Assembly: GCF_000146505.1 (NCBI RefSeq)
Contig: NC_017448.1
Coordinates: forward strand, 90,001 to 122,000
DNA length: 32,000 bases
Direction: 5' to 3'
Source of the DNA: Fibrobacter succinogenes subsp. succinogenes S85
GTDB lineage: Bacteria > Fibrobacterota > Fibrobacteria > Fibrobacterales > Fibrobacteraceae
Shown: positions 26,619 through 32,000 of the stretch, one piece after another
Layout of the letters: each line of letters starts with the position of its first letter
Numbering within the stretch: position 1 is the stretch's first letter
Notes under the pieces: model-generated
What the model saw: the letters and a program-made list of their open reading frames with translations, nothing else
Told to the model about the DNA's origin: nothing
The model's database searches: none
Position numbers and translations under genes: made by a program

Positions 26619-27722
26619 TCAAAAGTCGAGGGTCTCTTTATACCACTTGGGAATTTTGCCGTTTTTTTCTAGTGCGGAATCATAGAACATTTCGTACATG
26701 CATTCCACTTTTGAAACGTTCCAATTACAGATATTTCCAGTGAAATGAGATCCAGAAAACATTTCAGACATATCCTTGACATTGGATACATCCCATTTGC
26801 TAATATCTCCGTTAAATGGAGAATCTCTGAACAATTCGTGCATCATCGTGACATTGGACGTATTGATAAAGTTTAAGTCGCAATTTGGACCGTGTAACCA
26901 CATTGCTGCATCAATGAGATTTAGCAAGTGTTCGCGATTCAATGCGATAACGTTTCCATCGAAATCGGTTGCGTTTTCGAGCATGAGCGGATAAATTTTG
27001 TTGAGCCAATTTTTTGCTTTCCCCGTTTTTTCGAATTGGGAATCTTGGAACATTCCGTGAAGGTCTAGCAAACGTTCTGTTTCCCACTTGCTGATGTCTC
27101 CTTTGAATTCTGAACATTCGAACATGCCGTTCATATCTTTCTCATGGGAAACGTCCCAGTTACTGATGTCGCCATTGAACTTGGATCCAGCGAACATGCT
27201 GTTCATGTTTTTGACTTTGGATACGTTCCATTTGCTGATATCGCCATTGAAAGGGCTATTGCAGAACATGGAATACATGTATTCGACATTGGACACATTC
27301 CACTTGCTTATATCGCCATTGAATTGCGATTCAGCGAACATGGAATGCATGTCTTTGACATTGGAAACGTTCCAGTTACTAATGTCTCCGTTGAACAGGG
27401 ATTCGATAAACATGGAATGCATATCTTGGACATTTGATACATTCCACTTGCTTATATCGCCATTGAATACGGATTCAAAGAACATGCCGTCCATGCGTTT
27501 GACATTGGATACATCCCATTTGCTGATGTCGCCGTTGAATTTATGAAACTCATTGTTGAAAAAGCTAAATCTACTGAACAATCCTGACATATCCGTTATG
27601 TTGGATACGTCAATAAAGTTCAAATCGCAATTGGGACCATCTTTTTCGATGGCTTCTTTGATTAGTTGTTCTAGGTGATCGCGGTCGCGGGCGATGATTG
27701 AGGTGTGGGGGGATGAGAGCAT
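26619..27722 (-). CDS. DUF285/BspA-type leucine-rich-repeat protein (367 aa), no signal peptide, two repeat modules
   Basis: About 10 repeats of the 24-aa unit FNGDISKWNVSNVxxMxxMFxxSx. Two cap modules are present: RDHLEQLIKEAIEKDGPNCDLNFIDVSN and REHLLNLIDAAMWLHGPNCDLNFINTSN. The N-terminus MLSSPHTSIIARDRD has no hydrophobic signal. Confidence 0.85.
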   Translation of the reverse strand: MLSSPHTSIIARDRDHLEQLIKEAIEKDGPNCDLNFIDVSNITDMSGLFSRFSFFNNEFHKFNGDISKWDVSNVKRMDGMFFESVFNGDISKWNVSNVQDMHSMFIESLFNGDISNWNVSNVKDMHSMFAESQFNGDISKWNVSNVEYMYSMFCNSPFNGDISKWNVSKVKNMNSMFAGSKFNGDISNWDVSHEKDMNGMFECSEFKGDISKWETERLLDLHGMFQDSQFEKTGKAKNWLNKIYPLMLENATDFDGNVIALNREHLLNLIDAAMWLHGPNCDLNFINTSNVTMMHELFRDSPFNGDISKWDVSNVKDMSEMFSGSHFTGNICNWNVSKVECMYEMFYDSALEKNGKIPKWYKETLDF

Positions 27723-27725
27723 GGG

Positions 27726-28370
27726 TTATATTTCAAGCAGATAATACCAAAAATTTTCGTTTGCCTTATTCCATTTGATATTGTAAGATCCTTCAATTTT
27801 TACAAATGGTGGTTCAGTTGATTTTTTTGAATTTATTGGATTATTGATTTTTCCATGGATCGGCTGTTGTGCAAAAAATTGGTCGCTGTTATTATAAGAA
27901 TTCTCTGATGATCGGAAAAGAGAATAAATCGGTTTTAGTTCGTCATTGGTATTTTTTTTGCCAATCACCATAAATGATCCGCCTTTTCTGTCTGTATTTA
28001 TTAGAGCTAGACAAAAAGTCTTGGTGAAAGAAAGATTCTTTTTTACAGATTCCATAAACTGAATATCTGCTAAAAATTGAAACATTCGTTTTGGGTATGC
28101 TCCATTTGTAGGATATTTTAACTCAATAGCGTATTTTTCATTATCTTTGCCGATTACGTAAAGATCCATTTCTTTTTTTATGAAATCTTTAGAATATTCT
28201 TTGCCGAATTCGGCCATAACGTTCTTTTCAAAATAAACATTGAATCCGTTGTTCCTTAAGAATATTCCAAGCTCAAACTGCAACGAAAATTCGTTGTAGA
28301 TATACTCGGTGTTTAAATTTTTTTTGAGAAAGTCTTCAATACATTGTTTGATATTATTTTCTTCATTCAT
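27726..28370 (-). CDS. Hypothetical protein with a PD-(D/E)xK nuclease-like motif pattern (214 aa), very AT-rich
   Basis: The ORF sits 3 nt upstream of the next gene and 34 nt after the previous one. The pattern is E27/E33 (NEFSLQFELG), D69 (KKEMDLYVIG), then E83-x-K85 (YAIELKYP). Hand counts of two 60-nt samples give 27% and 32% G+C. Confidence 0.6.
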   Translation of the reverse strand: MNEENNIKQCIEDFLKKNLNTEYIYNEFSLQFELGIFLRNNGFNVYFEKNVMAEFGKEYSKDFIKKEMDLYVIGKDNEKYAIELKYPTNGAYPKRMFQFLADIQFMESVKKNLSFTKTFCLALINTDRKGGSFMVIGKKNTNDELKPIYSLFRSSENSYNNSDQFFAQQPIHGKINNPINSKKSTEPPFVKIEGSYNIKWNKANENFWYYLLEI

Positions 28371-28404
28371 TTTTATTTTCTTTGCTTGTTATTCAATGTG
28401 GTGT

Positions 28405-30348
28405 TTACTTCATGCCCAACAGTTTTTTCCACTTAGCAATTGCTTCTTGGGTGAGTGTTTTGTTCTTGGATTTCTTTTCAAAATCGCTTGCAGGAACAGG
28501 ATAATAGACATCACCGTTTTTATCTGGTTCGCTATGGTCAAAGTCGAGGATGCTTTTGATTTTCTGTCCTTTTTTATCCAAAAGGTAAAGTTCTTTTTTG
28601 CTGTCTTTGGATGTGCAACGAAGGTTGTCACTAAAATCTTTGCAACTGCGACCTGCGGAATCGTAGTTGCCTTCCAAATAATAAGGAATTTTGAAAATAA
28701 CGAGTCCTTTTTCTGTGCTTTTGTTTGGTTCAAGCAATTTTTTGACGGGCAACGCGAAAATTTTTTGCTGGCTATCGCCATGGACTACAACTTGGAATTT
28801 TTTGATTTCGCAGTTGTTGCCATATTCGTCCATGTGCTTTACAAATTCACTAGATTGAGGATTCCAATCTTGGTCGTAATCTTCTAAGAATTTTGCTCTA
28901 GTTTCGTTAAAGTCTATGCAATACCAGAAATTTCCGCCTTTTGCATTGCCGTTGCCGACACCCCAAGATTCGAGTTCTGTAAATTCTGTGCCTTCCCAGT
29001 GGATGTTGAATTCAAGACCCTTTTCTGCCATATCTTTATAGACTTCGATTGGCGGTGTTTTAGCTGTTTTGAATGTTGTTTTTCCACTTAAAATTTTGTT
29101 TAATGCAGCACCTTTTTTGCCAAAAATTTCAGGAATGTTTTTTTCATTATAGATGCTGTTGAATTTTTTGATTTGAGCATCGCTCATGGTGATTGTATTC
29201 AACATAAACAAGTTTTCGGGCTTTTTTGTGGATGGCTTTTTTTGTGATGCATTCTTGCTTTTAGAGACCCCTTTGGGAAGGTTATCGCTTTTTTCAAGCA
29301 AAGAATCACTGAAAATGACCTTCTTGTTTTTTACTTTTGAAACATCCCACTTGCTGATGTCACCGTTGAATTGAGAACGTGCGAACATGTAGTCCATGTC
29401 GGTCACGTTAGACACGTTCCAGTTGCTGATGTCGCCGTTGAATATAGATTCAGCAAACATTCCTTGCATGTTTGTGACTTTTGATACGTCCCAGTTGCTG
29501 ATGTCGCCGTTGAATTGAGATCGTCCGAACATGAAACTCATGTTGGTCACGTTAGACACGTCCCAGTTGCTGATGTTGCCGTTGAATTGAGATCGTCCGA
29601 ACATGAAATTCTTGCCGGCTTCGAACATGAAACTCATGTCGGTCACGTTAGACACGTTCCAGTTGCTGATGTCGCCGTTGAATTGAGAACATTCGAACAT
29701 GTAGCTCATGTTGGTCACGTTAGACACGTTCCAGTTGCTGATGTCGCCGTTGAATTGAGAACCTGCGAACATTTGGCTCATGTTGGTCACGTTAGACACG
29801 TTCCAGTTGCTGATGTCGCCGTTGAATTGAGAACATTCGAACATGTAGCTCATGTTGGTCACGTTAGACACGTTCCAGTTGCTGATGTCGCCGTTGAATT
29901 GAGAACATTCGAACATGTAGCTCATGTTGGTCACGTTAGACACGTCCCATTTGCTGATATCGCCATTGAAAGGGCTATTGCAGAACATGGAATACATGTA
30001 TTCGACATTGGACACATTCCATTTGCTGATATCGCCGTTGAATTGAGAATATCCGAACATGTTGCTCATGTTGGTCACGTTAGACACGTCCCACTTGCTG
30101 ATATCACCATTGAATGAGGATCCGTCGAACATGTAGCTCATGTCGGTCACGTTAGACACGTCCCATTGGCTGATGTCTCCGTTGAATTTGCTTAATGCAA
30201 ACATTCGGCTCATGTTTTGGACTTTAGAAACATCGATGAAATTAAGGTCGCATTTTACACCATTCTTTTTTATGGCGGCTTTAATCAACTTTTCAAGATG
30301 CTCTTTGTCCTTCGCGACGACTTTTTCTTCGGTCTTTTTTGTAGCCAT
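28405..30348 (-). CDS. DUF285/BspA-type leucine-rich-repeat protein (647 aa) with an unrecognised ~300-aa C-terminal domain, no signal peptide
   Basis: The N-terminal cap KDKEHLEKLIKAAIKKNGVKCDLNFIDVS is followed by 12 repeats of FNGDISNWNVSNVTNMSYMFECSQ type. A Lys/Ser-rich linker then leads to a non-repetitive C-terminal domain. Confidence 0.85.
   Translation of the reverse strand: MATKKTEEKVVAKDKEHLEKLIKAAIKKNGVKCDLNFIDVSKVQNMSRMFALSKFNGDISQWDVSNVTDMSYMFDGSSFNGDISKWDVSNVTNMSNMFGYSQFNGDISKWNVSNVEYMYSMFCNSPFNGDISKWDVSNVTNMSYMFECSQFNGDISNWNVSNVTNMSYMFECSQFNGDISNWNVSNVTNMSQMFAGSQFNGDISNWNVSNVTNMSYMFECSQFNGDISNWNVSNVTDMSFMFEAGKNFMFGRSQFNGNISNWDVSNVTNMSFMFGRSQFNGDISNWDVSKVTNMQGMFAESIFNGDISNWNVSNVTDMDYMFARSQFNGDISKWDVSKVKNKKVIFSDSLLEKSDNLPKGVSKSKNASQKKPSTKKPENLFMLNTITMSDAQIKKFNSIYNEKNIPEIFGKKGAALNKILSGKTTFKTAKTPPIEVYKDMAEKGLEFNIHWEGTEFTELESWGVGNGNAKGGNFWYCIDFNETRAKFLEDYDQDWNPQSSEFVKHMDEYGNNCEIKKFQVVVHGDSQQKIFALPVKKLLEPNKSTEKGLVIFKIPYYLEGNYDSAGRSCKDFSDNLRCTSKDSKKELYLLDKKGQKIKSILDFDHSEPDKNGDVYYPVPASDFEKKSKNKTLTQEAIAKWKKLLGMK
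29311..30252. repeat. In-frame 72-bp tandem repeat array (13 units including the cap) with several near-identical units
   Basis: Units beginning gaacat fall at 29695, 29767, 29839 and 29911, exactly 72 bp apart. The units at 29839 and 29911 are identical across 72 bp. The unit at 29695 differs only at its 3' end. Confidence 0.9.
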
Positions 30349-30515
30349 TGTTTAATTCTTTATTTTACCTAATGGAATATATCCTTTTTTCGTAAGAATA
30401 TTATAGAATTTTGACGCACCTCGTTTTATTATCGTTCGTGAAGTGGTCTTTTGTCGAGATATTTTTGGAAATATTTTAATATAATTGCTAAGAGGAATGC
30501 TTTCTATAAACATTG

Positions 30516-30542
30516 TTGACAGAGGTATATTGTTTTTATAGA
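30516..30542 (+). promoter_or_regulatory. Candidate sigma-70-type promoter for the nitroreductase gene
   Basis: Consensus -35 TTGACA (30516-30521) is followed after 15-17 nt by TATAGA/TAGATA. An AAAGGAAAGGAG RBS precedes the ATG at 30569. Confidence 0.35.
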
Positions 30543-30568
30543 TATACAGAAAAAGGAAAGGAGTACAT

Positions 30569-31090
30569 ATGTCATTTATTGATTTGGCTAGAAATCGTTT
30601 CAGTTGCCGTGCTTTTAGCGAACAGGAAGTTGAACCCGAAAAACTGATGCAGGTGCTCGAAGCGGGCCGTATCGCTCCGACGGCGGTAAACGGTCAACCG
30701 GTGTTTATCAAGGTTCTCCATTCTCCCGAAGCGCTCAAGAAGATTCGTGGCATCACGCGCATGGCGTATAACGCTCCTGTGGTGCTGATGGTCTGCTACG
30801 ACGACAACAAGGTCTACACTCCGACGACCTACATGGACAATTTCAAAAGTGGCATTATGGATTCGAGCATTATTGCAACTTCAATGATGATGCAGGCGAC
30901 CGACCTCGGACTTGCAACGCTCTGGGCACGCGGTTTCAATGCTGCTCACATTGAACATGAATTCGGTTTCGAGCCGAACATCAAGCTTGCTTGCCTTTTG
31001 GACATTGGCTATGCCGACCCGCAGAACGGAGTGCCGTCTCCTCGTCACGACGTGCGTAAGCCGATGAATGAATTTGCCGAAAAGCTTTAA
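30569..31090 (+). CDS. Nitroreductase family protein
   Basis: 173 aa. Family-typical N-terminus: DLARNRFSCRAFSEQEVEPEKLMQVLEAGRIAPTAVNGQP. Strong RBS. Confidence 0.88.
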   Translation: MSFIDLARNRFSCRAFSEQEVEPEKLMQVLEAGRIAPTAVNGQPVFIKVLHSPEALKKIRGITRMAYNAPVVLMVCYDDNKVYTPTTYMDNFKSGIMDSSIIATSMMMQATDLGLATLWARGFNAAHIEHEFGFEPNIKLACLLDIGYADPQNGVPSPRHDVRKPMNEFAEKL

Positions 31091-31122
31091 TACAGGCAAA
31101 AATTTGCAATTATAGAGGGGGT

Positions 31123-32000
31123 ATGAATAAGCTAAAGTACTTGTTGCCTTTGGTTGTTTTTGGCGTGTTTTCTTGTTCGGGGAAACAGCCTCAAGTTGAA
31201 GGGCGTTCGAATGCTTTGGCTTCGCCCCGGAGCATCGTAGTTGTTTACGAAAACGACGTCCATTGCCAAATGGATGGCTATGCAAAATTTGCGGGTCTTC
31301 GCGATGCGATTGCTGATACGGCTGATGTCTTGACTGTTTCGTCTGGTGATTTTTTGCAGGGCGGTGCGATGGGGAGCATTTCTCGTGGCGGCTATGTTGT
31401 AGCGCTCATGAATGCTGTCGGTTACGATGTCGTGACGCTTGGTAACCATGAATTTGATTATAAGATTCCGCGCTTGATGGAACTTTCTGATTCCATGAAC
31501 GCAGCAATCGTTTGTGTGAACCTTGTGCAGAAAGGAACTTCGACGCCGCTGTTCAAGCCCTACGTTTTAAGGCAGGTTGGCTCCAAGAAAATTGCTTTTG
31601 TCGGAGTGCTGACTCCGCAAACTTTAGTGGGGGAGTCTTACGCATTTACGGATGATTCGTTAAAGACTTTGTACGATATTCCTGCGGAGAAAATTTTCAA
31701 TCTCGTGCAGTCGGCGGTTGATGATGCGCGTAAAGCAGGTGCTGATTATGTGATTTTGCTTTCGCATTTGGGGCTCGTGCCGCCGGTGAGTTCCGTTGAG
31801 GTTGTTCAGAAAACGACGGGGATTGACGCTGTGCTGGACGGACATTCGCATAGCGTTGTTAATGAAGAATTTGTTTTAAATTCTAATGGCGATAGCGTTC
31901 TTTTGTCGCAGACGGGAACGAAATTCCAGAATGTCGGCGTGCTGGATATTACTCGCAACGGAAAATTCCACTCACGCTTGATTCCGATGGATAGCGTCGT
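31123..32000 (+). CDS. 5'-nucleotidase / metallophosphoesterase-family lipoprotein, N-terminal part (runs off the window end)
   Basis: ATG 31123 follows an AGAGGGGG RBS. Signal and lipobox-like sequence MNKLKYLLPLVVFGVFSCSG. Metallophosphoesterase motifs are NDVHC, SGDFLQGG and GNHEFD. The frame is open to position 32000. Confidence 0.85.
   Translation, partial: MNKLKYLLPLVVFGVFSCSGKQPQVEGRSNALASPRSIVVVYENDVHCQMDGYAKFAGLRDAIADTADVLTVSSGDFLQGGAMGSISRGGYVVALMNAVGYDVVTLGNHEFDYKIPRLMELSDSMNAAIVCVNLVQKGTSTPLFKPYVLRQVGSKKIAFVGVLTPQTLVGESYAFTDDSLKTLYDIPAEKIFNLVQSAVDDARKAGADYVILLSHLGLVPPVSSVEVVQKTTGIDAVLDGHSHSVVNEEFVLNSNGDSVLLSQTGTKFQNVGVLDITRNGKFHSRLIPMDSV

Noticed and set aside
24524-26743. 739-aa ORF on the + strand opposite metG
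   Set aside because: It is the antisense shadow of metG, which carries the HIGH and KMSKS motifs on the minus strand. It has no start context and no domain signature.
29515-30117. 200-aa + strand ORF with the striking periodic sequence HVGHVRHVPVADVAVELR
   Set aside because: The periodicity is simply the antisense reading of the 72-bp DUF285 repeats. The sense strand encodes the well-known FNGDISxWNVSNV repeat.
29311-30252. Regular 72-bp repeats that could be mistaken for a CRISPR array or a satellite
   Set aside because: There are no unique spacers between the repeats. The whole array is one continuous open reading frame encoding a protein repeat, and no cas genes are present.
26594-30568. 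Calling the low-G+C cluster a mobile element or genomic island with defined ends
   Set aside because: No integrase, transposase, tRNA target, or flanking direct or inverted repeats are visible. Only composition and gene content suggest foreign origin, so it is reported as a finding rather than as a mobile_element feature.

Overview
Bacterial chromosomal window of about 50% G+C. Gene content suggests a Fibrobacter-like or FCB-group organism, inferred mainly from the Bacteroidetes-style V-ATPase operon carrying DUF2764; this cannot be verified here. About 30 genes, no rRNA, tRNA, CRISPR, transposase or integrase.

Layout, left to right:
- 1-214: partial lipoprotein gene (minus strand).
- 412-1766: Zn-ribbon SAM methyltransferase, ATGA-coupled to a membrane protein.
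- 1840-7605: tightly coupled minus-strand operon with two ATP-grasp/alpha-E pairs (one pair fused into an 800-aa protein) plus a transglutaminase-fold protein. This gene association is conserved but biochemically uncharacterised.
- 7606-7860: divergent intergenic region with two perfect sigma-54 -24/-12 promoters, one per strand, separated by a 10-bp-phased repeat array.
- 7861-9501: catabolic-type acetolactate synthase, followed by an unannotated 57-codon ORF.
- 9502-9952: structured intergenic region with a duplicated element whose hairpin shows compensatory changes.
- 9953-11746: aspS.
- 12736-20484: eight-gene V-type ATPase operon (E, DUF2764, A, B, D, I, K, K). The tandem K paralogues differ at predicted Na+-ligand positions.
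- 20620-22064: AmgK-like kinase coupled to an EIIA(Ntr)-like protein.
- 22104-24466: small TM protein, MauE-like protein and outer-membrane barrel operon.
- 24521-26593: metG.
- 26619-30348: low-G+C three-gene cluster directly upstream of metG. Two signal-peptide-less DUF285/BspA-type repeat proteins flank a very AT-rich 214-aa protein with a PD-(D/E)xK-like motif. The cluster contains near-identical 72-bp tandem repeats and a 75-bp tract identical between the two paralogues.
- 30569-32000: nitroreductase and a partial 5'-nucleotidase-family lipoprotein.

Best candidates for an undescribed system: the DUF285/nuclease-like cluster, and the sigma-54-driven ATP-grasp/alpha-E/transglutaminase operon.
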